IMG/VR virus record: IMGVR_UViG_3300033075_001021
Source: a virus
Taxonomy: Duplodnaviria > Caudoviricetes
DNA length: 64,000 bases
Strand: one strand, 5' to 3'
Shown here one piece after another: positions 41,392 to 50,622 of the stretch. The notes beneath the pieces are model-generated. The model had not been told where the DNA came from and made no database searches. It was given only the letters and a program-made list of their open reading frames with translations. Each line of letters starts with the position of its first letter. Positions within the stretch are counted from its first letter, which is position 1. Made by a program: the position numbers and the translations under genes.

Positions 41392-42510
41392 ATGGAAGAA
41401 CAAAAAAAACAAGTTGAACAAATCAACGGCCTAATCGAAAAATTGGAAAAAAAAGATTTTGGGCTGTACTTCTTCACACTAGATACCAAGGGTAACCCAA
41501 CCGCTGGTATTGCAAACATTTACGAACACGTTAAATTACTTAATGAATTGGGTTATAAGGCATACATTCTTCATGAAAAGAATGATTATAAACTAAAAGG
41601 TGATGAAACTGGAATGGGAATTTCAGATTGGCTTGGAGAAGAATATGCGGAACTTCCGCACATTTCTATTGAAAGTCAAAATCTTAATATTACCCCAACC
41701 GATTTTATTATAATCCCTGAGGTATTCTCAACCATTATGGACCAAGTTAAAGGGTTTCCGTGTAGAAAGGTCGTTCTTAGCCAAAGCTATGATTATCTAT
41801 TGGAGCTTTTACCCATAGGTAAAAGATGGGATTTAGATTATGGTTTTAACCATGTTATTACCACTAGTAACAGACAAGCTTCCTACATTAGAAGTCTTTT
41901 CCCGATGACAAGAGTTCACACTATTCCAGTATCAATCCCTGAATACTTTAAACCTAATGACAAACCAAAAATTCCTGTAATTACCCTTCATACAAGACAT
42001 CAAGGTGACGCTGCTAAAATTGCTAAAGCATTTTATTTACAGTTCCCTATGTATAAGTGGATTACATTTAAAGAACTTCGTGGTCTTCCAAGAAGAACAT
42101 TTGCTGAAGAACTTCGTAAATCATGTTTGTCTGTTTGGATTGATGACCCAGCTGGATTTGGAACATTCCCATTGGAGGCAATGGAATGTGGTACACCAGT
42201 AATCGGTAAGGTTCCTAATATGGTTCCAGAATGGCTAGAAACAACAGACGAGCAAGGAAATTTGGTTGTTAAGAACAATGGTATTTGGACCAATACAACT
42301 TTAAATATTCCTGAACTTATTGCAACATACATTAAAGTTTGGTTGGAAGATTCAATTCCTTCTGACTTAACAGAAGCAATTAAAGAATCAACAGGACAAT
42401 ATACATCAGAAAAACAAAAAGAAATTCTAGCACAGGTATATGGCGAGTTGATTGAGGAAAGAAAACAAGAATTTAATAACATGCTACCAAAAGTAGAAGA
42501 AAAAGCTTAA
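41392..42510 (+). CDS. Glycosyltransferase (GT-B, GT4-like)
   Basis: IIPE, GFGTFPLEAMECGTPVIG. Confidence 0.82.
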   Translation: MEEQKKQVEQINGLIEKLEKKDFGLYFFTLDTKGNPTAGIANIYEHVKLLNELGYKAYILHEKNDYKLKGDETGMGISDWLGEEYAELPHISIESQNLNITPTDFIIIPEVFSTIMDQVKGFPCRKVVLSQSYDYLLELLPIGKRWDLDYGFNHVITTSNRQASYIRSLFPMTRVHTIPVSIPEYFKPNDKPKIPVITLHTRHQGDAAKIAKAFYLQFPMYKWITFKELRGLPRRTFAEELRKSCLSVWIDDPAGFGTFPLEAMECGTPVIGKVPNMVPEWLETTDEQGNLVVKNNGIWTNTTLNIPELIATYIKVWLEDSIPSDLTEAIKESTGQYTSEKQKEILAQVYGELIEERKQEFNNMLPKVEEKA

Positions 42511-42514
42511 TATC

Positions 42515-42554
42515 ATGGGAGAAAAAAACAAATATATCGGTAATACTACCAGTT
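42515..42554 (+). pseudogene. Displaced, frameshifted original 5' end of the GT2 gene at 43289
   Basis: ATG at 42515; one base out of frame, 42528-42554 reads TNISVILPV, matching TEISVILPV at the start of the 43289 gene. Confidence 0.75.
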
Positions 42555-43336
42555 TTTTGTTAAAATGATATATTTATATATAAACAATCGATTATGATTA
42601 TATATAAAACAACAAATCTTGTTAATGGTAAATTTTATATTGGTAAGGATGAAAAAAATAACCCGAATTATTTAGGTTCGGGTAAAATTTTAAAAATAGC
42701 GATTAAAAAGTATGGTACTGAAAATTTTAAGAAAGAAATTCTTGAAGAATGCAATAACAAAAAAGAACTAAATGAAAAAGAAAAATATTGGATAACCACT
42801 TTATCAGCAACAACTCTTGGATATAATATTGCAGAAGGTGGGACTGGTGGTAAAACAAAATTTAATACAACACATGTTTATCAATTTAATAAAAACGGTG
42901 ATTTTATAAAAGAATGGAATTCGGCAGCTGAGGTTGAAAGAACATTGGGTATTGACCAATCAGCGGTAATAAAAGCATGTAAAAGAAAATTGTTGAGTGT
43001 TAAGGGGTTTATGTGGTCATATGAAAATAATATAAAATCATTTTCTGATACAAGAAAAATTAAAATTTTACAATACGATAAAAATGGTTGTTTTATTAAA
43101 GAATGGGATTCAATTGTTGATGTTAAAAAAGCATATGTAATATGTGATAGACATATCCAATTAGTTCTTGATAAACCAAATAAAACAGCAAAAGGGTTTA
43201 TTTGGCTAAGAAAAAAAGAAAAGATAATAGATAAAATTGAGGTACCAAAATCTGGATATTTCAATAATAAAAATGCTAAAAAATAATTATGGAAAAAGAA
43301 ATAAAAAAAACTGAAATTTCTGTGATACTACCCGTA
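42555..43336 (+). mobile_element. Free-standing homing endonuclease cassette carrying a replacement 5' end for the GT2 gene
   Basis: Late promoter (42570-42577), GIY-YIG ORF and recoded MEKEIKKTEISVILPV; boundaries approximate. Confidence 0.65.
42594..43286 (+). CDS. GIY-YIG homing endonuclease with two NUMOD1-like repeats (Seg-like)
   Basis: MIIYKTTNLVNGKFYIGK, YLGSG, GYNI..GG.GG, 2x VYQF.K.G.FIKEW.S...KGF.W. Confidence 0.9.
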   Translation: MIIYKTTNLVNGKFYIGKDEKNNPNYLGSGKILKIAIKKYGTENFKKEILEECNNKKELNEKEKYWITTLSATTLGYNIAEGGTGGKTKFNTTHVYQFNKNGDFIKEWNSAAEVERTLGIDQSAVIKACKRKLLSVKGFMWSYENNIKSFSDTRKIKILQYDKNGCFIKEWDSIVDVKKAYVICDRHIQLVLDKPNKTAKGFIWLRKKEKIIDKIEVPKSGYFNNKNAKK

Positions 43337-44098
43337 CACGACCTAAACGAAGAAACAAAACCAATGTTTCAAATTGCTGTAAAAAGCGTTGAACTACAAA
43401 AAGTTCAACCAGATGAATTGGTAATTGTTGTTCCGAAAGACAGCGAAGTTAGTAAATACGTGAAATCAATTGACTATGCTACCTTATCAGATAAAATAAC
43501 CATTGTTGAAAATGATGGTGCAACCGACTTCTGTTCACAAATGAATTTGGGTGTTAGTAAAGCTAAATCTGACTGGGTTTCATTATTGGAGTACGATGAC
43601 GAATATGCAAATATTTGGTTTAAGAATGTTGTCGAATATCGTGAAGCATACCCCAATTATGAAATTTTTATGCCAATCATTATTGACACTGATGCCGATG
43701 GTGGTTTTATTGGGCTTACCAATGAAGCAGTATGGGCACAGAGTTTTTCTGATGAGTTAGGTGTACTAGATTTAAATGCACTCCTTACATACCAAAACTT
43801 TAACATTGATGGTATGGTTATCAAAAAATCGTTATTCGAAGACTTTGGTGGATTTAAATCAAACATTAAATTAACATTCATTTATGAGTTTTTGTTAAGA
43901 ATGGCATTTAAGGATGTTAAGATTACAACAATCCCAAGATTTGGATATAAGCACGTTAACCAGAGGCCAAATTCATTATTTTCAAATTACAGAAATGAAA
44001 TGGACGCTGTCGAAGCAAAGTGGTGGCTAGCACAAGCTAAGAAAGAATACTATTTTGATAAAGATAGAAAAATAACATACATGAAACCAACGGTATAA
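43289..44098 (+). CDS. Glycosyltransferase family 2
   Basis: ISVILPV, N.GV..A...W..LLEYDDEY, GGF. Confidence 0.82.
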   Translation: MEKEIKKTEISVILPVHDLNEETKPMFQIAVKSVELQKVQPDELVIVVPKDSEVSKYVKSIDYATLSDKITIVENDGATDFCSQMNLGVSKAKSDWVSLLEYDDEYANIWFKNVVEYREAYPNYEIFMPIIIDTDADGGFIGLTNEAVWAQSFSDELGVLDLNALLTYQNFNIDGMVIKKSLFEDFGGFKSNIKLTFIYEFLLRMAFKDVKITTIPRFGYKHVNQRPNSLFSNYRNEMDAVEAKWWLAQAKKEYYFDKDRKITYMKPTV

Positions 44099-44826
44099 TG
44101 ATTAACAAAAGAGGACGCAAAAGAAAGAATGAAATGTATTTTGGTCCCGATGAAGAAAAAGCCGTTAATGATTACCTAGCTTCGACAGATGACAAAGAAA
44201 GAAACATGATTTACAATCAGTGGTTAAAAGAACCACTTGATAAAATGATTGAGTCAATCATTAGAAGATATAAGTTATACAGAAAGGGTGAAAGCTTCGA
44301 GGATTTACATAGCGACACCCTTTCTTTTCTTATGACAAAAGCTCATAAATTTGAAAACGCAAGAGGTAAAAAGGCTTATTCTTATTATGGAACAATCTGT
44401 AAACACTATATTTTAGGACTTTTAATTAAGGACGAAAAATATACTAAACAAACTGCTTCATATGAAGATATATCGTCCGACCTAGAAGAACGTAAAGAAC
44501 TGAGTTACGTAATTGATAAAGATGAGATTGTGATGGATGAGTTTTTAAAAAAACTCGTCGACGGTATAAAGGAAGAACTTAACGATGAAAATCAACCAAC
44601 CAAAAAGAAACTCAACGAAAATGAAAGGAAGGTTGGGGAATCACTTATCGAAATTCTTCAAAATTGGGAAACAGCATTTAACACCATGGACGGTGGACCA
44701 AAATACAACAAAAACTCAGTTTTAGAAACCATGAGAAACTACACCAATTTGTCAACAAAAGACATCAGATTGGCAATGAGAAGGTTTAAAGACCTATATG
44801 AGTTCCTAAAACATCAAGATTTTTGA
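44098..44826 (+). CDS. Phage late-transcription sigma factor (gp55-like)
   Basis: Region-2-like KF...GKKAYSYYGTICKHY and N-terminal MYF...E.AV..Y. Confidence 0.6.
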   Translation: MINKRGRKRKNEMYFGPDEEKAVNDYLASTDDKERNMIYNQWLKEPLDKMIESIIRRYKLYRKGESFEDLHSDTLSFLMTKAHKFENARGKKAYSYYGTICKHYILGLLIKDEKYTKQTASYEDISSDLEERKELSYVIDKDEIVMDEFLKKLVDGIKEELNDENQPTKKKLNENERKVGESLIEILQNWETAFNTMDGGPKYNKNSVLETMRNYTNLSTKDIRLAMRRFKDLYEFLKHQDF

Positions 44827-44845
44827 TAAAAAAATGCATTTAAAG

Positions 44846-44853
44846 GTATTTAT
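44846..44853 (+). promoter_or_regulatory. Putative late promoter GTATTTAT
   Basis: 15 nt upstream of ATG 44869. Confidence 0.5.
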
Positions 44854-44868
44854 AGTAAACTAATACTT

Positions 44869-45255
44869 ATGCCTAGAAAGAAAAAACAGGATGTTAAAGT
44901 CAATGACGTTGAAAGCCTTGAAGGGTTAATGCAAGAAACCTACAACGACGCATGTCTACAAATTAACGATGCTCAACGTACAATTAACGAATTGTCAACT
45001 AGCGCAACACCACAAGATGTTGAAGACGTTACAAAAATTGCAAAAGAAAAGGGTGGTCTTCTAAAGGTTAAAGATTCTGCTATCAGAATCAAACTTGAGC
45101 TAGCTAAATTGCAAAGCGACATCATTAAAAACAGAGGTGATGCAGAATCCGCTATTCAAGAAAGAACCGATGGTAAGGCATCATTAAGTGACTTTAAGTC
45201 AATCAGAGAAATGCTAATGAATGATAAAGACCTAAACGGTGCTGTTGAAGAATAA
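44869..45255 (+). CDS. Helical protein, possible terminase small subunit
   Basis: 128 aa, coiled-coil; function inferred only from size, shape and late promoter. Confidence 0.35.
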   Translation: MPRKKKQDVKVNDVESLEGLMQETYNDACLQINDAQRTINELSTSATPQDVEDVTKIAKEKGGLLKVKDSAIRIKLELAKLQSDIIKNRGDAESAIQERTDGKASLSDFKSIREMLMNDKDLNGAVEE

Positions 45256-46685
45256 TGGATATATTAAATCAAAAAAGGGAAATTTTTGGCAACATTGCCG
45301 CAGATAAAACTTTAACACAAGGACTTCCACAGTTAAAGACCACCTCTTCCATGCCATCAATCAATAACGATGGTGATTCAATTACATTACTATGCGATTT
45401 ACTTAAATCGCTTGTTGGTTCAGAAAAGATGGAAGAAATTGTTACGAACACACTAATATATAGTATCAATGACATTGAAAACGAAATCAAGAAAGAATTA
45501 AAACTTGAATTAAAATCAATTGTTAGTTGTGGCGTTAACCCATCATTACCAGATTATATAAAAACAACTGGTATCAAATTTCCAGTAAATAAGGTAGACT
45601 ATTTTGGTCTCATGTTTACAAACCCAAGGTCAATTGTTGGTCAACTCGTATATAACGATGTTACACCAACATTAATTGATAGCTCGGACTTCAATACATT
45701 TCTATACCAAACAATTCAATTAGATGGTCAAGCCGAAACATGGCCACAATATGCTGGCTCCACAACACCAATTTTAAATGTAAGATTTAGGTCCTTAGCC
45801 AGCGGCGGTGACCCAAACAATACTATCACCGTTAAATCAGCATCATCTTTTAACGGGACATTAACCGATTTTAATAATCAATTTATTGATAGTATTAAAA
45901 TATTTAACACCGAAAAAATAGTTTCACGGGTTATTGATTTAATATTTGGCACGGTATCAAAGAATTCAAATAAATCAATTAAACAATTAGAATTAGAAGA
46001 ACGAATTAATACTGTTATTAAAAAAATTATCTACACTGATTCTAATACAATCATTGATGATACAACATTCTCTTTCACCAACGACGAAAATAGGGCAAAT
46101 GAGTTTGCCGCAAATATGAGGAAAAAGGGTGAAAAACAATTTGAAACCTCAACCAAAGTTACTAGTAGTATTCCATTGAATTCGCTAACCACAATGAATA
46201 CAAATGTTGGTAGTGCCACAAATGAGATAATCAAAAAAGAAGAACTTACAAAATCATTAAAGTCAATGAGTGATAGTGTTGCATCAAGTGCAACCGAAAG
46301 CTCAGACCAGAAAAGTTTAAAACTCGGATTCATTCAAGAACTCATCAATTATCTAACACAGACAATTGTTATGGGTATCTTGGCACCAAAAATCATTACA
46401 ATTTTTTTAATCAATTTTAAGATTGTATACGGTCCGAATGCAACATTCAATGACCCGATTGATTTTTTAAGAAAGAATAAAAACCTAATAAGGGCTATAA
46501 CCAAAAGAGTAGCTGGGATAATAATAAGCGCATTACTAAGAGCCGTTTTAAAAGAAATAACAATTTTAGTTGCTGATGCAATTAAAAAAAGACTTGAAGA
46601 CAAAGCAAAGTTAAATTTAAAACAGCTTTTGAGTTTAGTTGGTGTGCCACAAGATGTGATACAAAAAATAAGGAACCTAGAATGA
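45255..46685 (+). CDS. Hypothetical protein (possible baseplate/tail component)
   Basis: 476-aa ORF in the late operon upstream of the spike gene. Confidence 0.6.
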   Translation: MDILNQKREIFGNIAADKTLTQGLPQLKTTSSMPSINNDGDSITLLCDLLKSLVGSEKMEEIVTNTLIYSINDIENEIKKELKLELKSIVSCGVNPSLPDYIKTTGIKFPVNKVDYFGLMFTNPRSIVGQLVYNDVTPTLIDSSDFNTFLYQTIQLDGQAETWPQYAGSTTPILNVRFRSLASGGDPNNTITVKSASSFNGTLTDFNNQFIDSIKIFNTEKIVSRVIDLIFGTVSKNSNKSIKQLELEERINTVIKKIIYTDSNTIIDDTTFSFTNDENRANEFAANMRKKGEKQFETSTKVTSSIPLNSLTTMNTNVGSATNEIIKKEELTKSLKSMSDSVASSATESSDQKSLKLGFIQELINYLTQTIVMGILAPKIITIFLINFKIVYGPNATFNDPIDFLRKNKNLIRAITKRVAGIIISALLRAVLKEITILVADAIKKRLEDKAKLNLKQLLSLVGVPQDVIQKIRNLE

Positions 46686-47122
46686 GCGATATAAACAAAA
46701 AGACAGAGGCACCGATTGACGGTGGTGTTAGTTCAATACAAAATGTTATTGATGTTATATCAGCCGCATTTAAAGCGCCAAAACAACCAGTTACACCATT
46801 ACCGCCACCGTTACTTTTAATTGGTGGTAAACAAAGGTCTGGTGTAACCCCTAGTGAAATTGCTTCTAGAATAATCGCTAGACAATCTGAGGCTGGATTA
46901 ATTGTGGGGAATGTATATGAAGATGGCCCAAATACAGCTGAAGCAATGGAATTAATCAGAGTTGAAGAAATTATAAACTCATTGTTAACCGAAGGTAAAA
47001 TTGAAATTGTAATTCCACCAGGTGTAAGGGTTATGACCGTTGGTACTGGTAACCTAGGTGCCCCAGTTGTTTCACAAGGTGCTACAACAGATATTGCCGT
47101 TGGTTACGGTGTAATACGTTAA
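46682..47122 (+). CDS. Hypothetical protein
   Basis: Coupled ORF. Confidence 0.65.
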   Translation: MSDINKKTEAPIDGGVSSIQNVIDVISAAFKAPKQPVTPLPPPLLLIGGKQRSGVTPSEIASRIIARQSEAGLIVGNVYEDGPNTAEAMELIRVEEIINSLLTEGKIEIVIPPGVRVMTVGTGNLGAPVVSQGATTDIAVGYGVIR

Positions 47123-47132
47123 TATTTTTATT

Positions 47133-47330
47133 ATGACAAATGAAGTTATTAATCATAATGATTTAGAAGATATGTCAAACAATGAGATATTGTTTGAAAT
47201 AAAAAAAATGGAAGCCGACCACGAAGCATTAAAATTAAAAATGCTTAAGGATTATGATAAGCTGGTTGATATCGAGAAAAGATTTGACCGTGCTAATCAA
47301 ATATTGGTTAAAAGATTAAAGGGAGAATAA
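47133..47330 (+). CDS. Small coiled-coil hypothetical protein
   Basis: 65-aa operon ORF. Confidence 0.6.
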   Translation: MTNEVINHNDLEDMSNNEILFEIKKMEADHEALKLKMLKDYDKLVDIEKRFDRANQILVKRLKGE

Positions 47331-47331
47331 T

Positions 47332-48294
47332 ATGCCAGTTGAAAACGCTTTTGGTACAAATTTACCACCAGTTACCGCTAATGTAACAATCAAGACAATA
47401 CAAATTGGACGTGTTGTTAGTATTGATGATAATGATGCGTTGGGTAGAATTAAAGTCAGAATTCCTGGTCCTACAAGCGTTGGTGGTGATGCTGATTTAC
47501 CACTTGAGCAAATTCCTTGGTCATACCCAATGGTACCAAAATTTTTTGGTGTAACACCAAAAGTAGATGAAGCGGTTTTCGTAATGGTTTTCAGCCAAGA
47601 TAAACTTCACAGTGATAGACTCTACTTTGGCCCAATTATTTCACAATACCCAAATTTAGATTTTGAGTCTATTGACGATAGGGCATTAACCCCATTCACA
47701 TTCGCCCAAATCCCACCAAAAGTAAATTACCAAAGAATTGGTCAGTTAAACGGTGTGTTTCCAAAAACAGATGATGTGGCGATACAAGGTAGATATAATA
47801 CCGACATCATTCTTAGAAGAAATGAAATCCTAATTAGAGCTGGTAAATTTGTGACCAGTAAACCAAATGATAATAACCCATATCCATTTGAATTCAATAC
47901 TTCAACACAAGGTTTTATTCAAATAAGGAATGACATTCCGCTAGAGCCACCAAAAAAGCAGGGTGAGCAAATGAGAGGAAGCGTAGCAAATATCATGGCA
48001 AATAAAATCAATCTTCTAGGATACATTGATAGTGACCCAAGATTTAATATAAATCAAATCGACCAACTTAGTAACGATGAGATTTTAAACATCCTTAAAA
48101 ACGCACACCCATTACCATTTGGTGACGTTTTGGTGGAATACCTAAGACTCTTTAAAACAGCCTTCATAAATCACGTACATAACAATAATGGGCTCAAACC
48201 AACTGGTACTGGAGATAAATCCGTGGCCAATTTTGTTAAACAAGCTGAAGCGCTAGAGAATGCAATGTTATCGAAAAACATCCGTATTAATTGA
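47332..48294 (+). CDS. Baseplate central spike, gp5/gpV-like OB-fold
   Basis: GRVVSIDD...GRIKVRIPG..PW..P...PKVDEAVFV; C-terminal HVH metal-binding tip motif. Confidence 0.8.
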   Translation: MPVENAFGTNLPPVTANVTIKTIQIGRVVSIDDNDALGRIKVRIPGPTSVGGDADLPLEQIPWSYPMVPKFFGVTPKVDEAVFVMVFSQDKLHSDRLYFGPIISQYPNLDFESIDDRALTPFTFAQIPPKVNYQRIGQLNGVFPKTDDVAIQGRYNTDIILRRNEILIRAGKFVTSKPNDNNPYPFEFNTSTQGFIQIRNDIPLEPPKKQGEQMRGSVANIMANKINLLGYIDSDPRFNINQIDQLSNDEILNILKNAHPLPFGDVLVEYLRLFKTAFINHVHNNNGLKPTGTGDKSVANFVKQAEALENAMLSKNIRIN

Positions 48295-48303
48295 TATTCT
48301 AGG

Positions 48304-48311
48304 ATATTTAT
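48304..48311 (+). promoter_or_regulatory. Putative late promoter ATATTTAT
   Basis: Upstream of ATG 48324. Confidence 0.55.
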
Positions 48312-48323
48312 TAGTAAAAAGAA

Positions 48324-49727
48324 ATGGTAATTAGGACATTTTTCGATAAAAACAATACCCTTATAAAGAACAGCTATTTGAACACTGGTAGAAACCCAGT
48401 TGCCGAGTTATTTTATGGCGGTACTGACGGTGAAAACAAATACAGCCGCTTTATTTTTCATTTTGATACTGATAGATTGGTTAGTCTCTATACTGGGGGA
48501 ACGTTTACCGATTTGTCCAAATTAAAGCACACGCTTAAGCTTACAAATACAGCATCTTTTAACTACGACCTTTTAAATGGAACCATGGGGAACAAGTGTA
48601 GGGCTTGTTCATTTGACCTTATTGTGTTCCCAGTAACTCAAAATTGGGATGAGGGGGTTGGATATGATTATGAACAGTGCGACCTGCTTATTGGAAATTA
48701 TGCTATTTCAACAGGCCCCTCAAATTGGGGATATTCAAGAACTGGTGAATATTGGGATAATGGGCCAGGTACGTATTCAGGTAACCCAACCGTAATTGCG
48801 ACCCAACATTTTGATTTAGGAAATGAGAACATGGAAGTTGATATTACAGACTATGTTAATGGTATTTTGACAGGAAATACAAACTATGGTTTAGGTGTAG
48901 CCTATTCTAGACCATTTGAGTTAACCAGCACCGTTTCACTTCAATATGTGGGTTTCTTTACTAGACACACACAAACGTTCTATGAGCCCTATATTGATAC
49001 CGTATACAGTAATCATATCGTTGACGATAGAAACAATTTCTTTTTAGACAAACCAAATAAGCTTTACCTATATGTAAACTTAGCTGGTAACCCAACAAAT
49101 TTGGATAATTTACCATCTGTTACAATTAATGATGAAAATGGAGACGTTGTTCAAGTTTTTGAATCTAGCGCCGTCACACATGTAACCAAAGGGGTATATT
49201 CTATCGATATTACGATTCCAACCACCAGTTCAAGCCAAAAAGGACACTTGTACAGTGACGTTTGGTCCGATATTGTCGTTAATGGTGTTTCTAGGCCTGA
49301 TATAAGCCTCGAATTCCAATTAATGGATAGTTTTGAGTATTTCAATATTGGGGCCGCAGATTCGCTTCCAAAAAGCGTAGCGGTGAATGTAGCTGGTATT
49401 AAGAATCAAGAAAGGATAAAACGTGGGGATATTAGGAAGGTTTTGGTTTCAACAAGAATACCATATACCGTAGAACAGACACAGAATATTACGGGATTAA
49501 AATATAGACTTTATGTCAAAGAAGGAATGAATGAAGTAACCGTGGTCAATTTTCAACCAATTGAAATGGCAAGTAATTACAATTACTTTTTAATCGATAC
49601 ACAAAGCTTAATTCCAAATACTTATTATTTAGACGTGTTATGCGAATCTAATTTAGAGGTGACAACCCTAAAAGATGTCCTTAATTTTACAGTAATAAGT
49701 GATTCTAATTTAAGAATGTCACAATAA
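48324..49727 (+). CDS. Virion structural protein (DNRLRE-like plus Ig-like)
   Basis: NTG....EL, SRF..F, WDEG.G, DIT..V, NYG, F.TRHT.T.YEP pattern. Confidence 0.5.
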   Translation: MVIRTFFDKNNTLIKNSYLNTGRNPVAELFYGGTDGENKYSRFIFHFDTDRLVSLYTGGTFTDLSKLKHTLKLTNTASFNYDLLNGTMGNKCRACSFDLIVFPVTQNWDEGVGYDYEQCDLLIGNYAISTGPSNWGYSRTGEYWDNGPGTYSGNPTVIATQHFDLGNENMEVDITDYVNGILTGNTNYGLGVAYSRPFELTSTVSLQYVGFFTRHTQTFYEPYIDTVYSNHIVDDRNNFFLDKPNKLYLYVNLAGNPTNLDNLPSVTINDENGDVVQVFESSAVTHVTKGVYSIDITIPTTSSSQKGHLYSDVWSDIVVNGVSRPDISLEFQLMDSFEYFNIGAADSLPKSVAVNVAGIKNQERIKRGDIRKVLVSTRIPYTVEQTQNITGLKYRLYVKEGMNEVTVVNFQPIEMASNYNYFLIDTQSLIPNTYYLDVLCESNLEVTTLKDVLNFTVISDSNLRMSQ

Positions 49728-50071
49728 TGAAAGGTTTTATCAAAAATAGGGTTAGACAATTGTTACATGAGCAAATGATTGATGGTCAAGAAATGAATCC
49801 ACACCTACAATCACTATGTAATACAATGACAGTTAGTAACTACAACGAAGTGTTGGGGCGAATAATTGCCGCGATTGGACCTCAGGATAAAAACCCTGAA
49901 TTATGGGCTAAGATTGAACAACCCCTCAAAATGCTAAAAATGGCAAACTTTGAGCTAAATAAAGAAAAACAAACTAGCAATATGACAGGTGATTCCGTTG
50001 CTGATGAAGCTGACACATATTGGGCGACAATTCAATCAACCCTATGCGAACAAGGAAGCGATTTTCAATAA
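49727..50071 (+). CDS. Hypothetical protein, possible head-internal protein
   Basis: N-terminal RQLLHE resembles an (I/L)xE prohead-protease cleavage leader. Confidence 0.55.
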   Translation: MKGFIKNRVRQLLHEQMIDGQEMNPHLQSLCNTMTVSNYNEVLGRIIAAIGPQDKNPELWAKIEQPLKMLKMANFELNKEKQTSNMTGDSVADEADTYWATIQSTLCEQGSDFQ

Positions 50072-50079
50072 TCAGTTTT

Positions 50080-50484
50080 ATGAAAAAGTTTTTTAATATA
50101 TTATTATCGGACAGTAACAAAATCTCCACAAAGCGATTTATTGGACTGTTATGTCTTGCTATGTTTATAGCTTATGGTATTGTTGGTTTAATCAAACCAT
50201 TCAACGAATATTTCTGGATATTTTATGTTAGTTTATGCACTATCACTATTTGGATAGCATTTAAATTCATGTCAGCTGAGAAGATTCTTAAATACGATGT
50301 TATTGGTAAACTATCAAAATTTTCACCAATCAAAGATGCTGTATATGATGCTATCGTAACTGAAGATGAAATTGATGATGCTATTCAACCAGATGTTTTA
50401 AAGGGTAAAAATACTGGAGAATTAACCAAAAGAGAAAAGAAATTACTAGGGTTAGGTGACGAACCAGAAAATAAGGGTGAATAA
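50080..50484 (+). CDS. Two-TM membrane protein
   Basis: ISTKRFIGLLCLAMFIAYGIVGLI and FWIFYVSLCTITIWIAF hydrophobic helices; start ATG 50080. Confidence 0.65.
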   Translation: MKKFFNILLSDSNKISTKRFIGLLCLAMFIAYGIVGLIKPFNEYFWIFYVSLCTITIWIAFKFMSAEKILKYDVIGKLSKFSPIKDAVYDAIVTEDEIDDAIQPDVLKGKNTGELTKREKKLLGLGDEPENKGE

Positions 50485-50488
50485 ACAC

Positions 50489-50517
50489 TTGACAAATTAA
50501 AAATGTTTTAGTATAAT
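50489..50517 (+). promoter_or_regulatory. Perfect sigma70-consensus promoter
   Basis: TTGACA(50489-94)-N17-TATAAT(50512-17). Confidence 0.85.
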
Positions 50518-50519
50518 TA

Positions 50520-50533
50520 TATTACGTTAACTC
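50520..50533 (+). repeat. Left arm of a 14-bp perfect inverted repeat (partner 52477-52490)
   Basis: TATTACGTTAACTC versus GAGTTAACGTAATA. Confidence 0.8.
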
Positions 50534-50534
50534 C

Positions 50535-50592
50535 GTATTGGCTTCGACCATGAAATGGTTTAGAGTTGTCACGGCAACAAAGAAGTTAGTAC
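50535..50592 (+). ncRNA. Putative structured 5' leader (three-way junction)
   Basis: P1 GUAUUGGCUUC/GAAGUUAGUAC, P2 GACCAU-GAA-AUGGUU, P3 GUUGU-CACG-GCAAC. Confidence 0.5.
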
Positions 50593-50622
50593 ATAATAAC
50601 AAACAATTAAAAGTTAATTAAA

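Noticed and set aside
50520-50600. Hammerhead ribozyme or retron msr-msd
   Set aside because: No CUGANGA core, and no reverse transcriptase in the window
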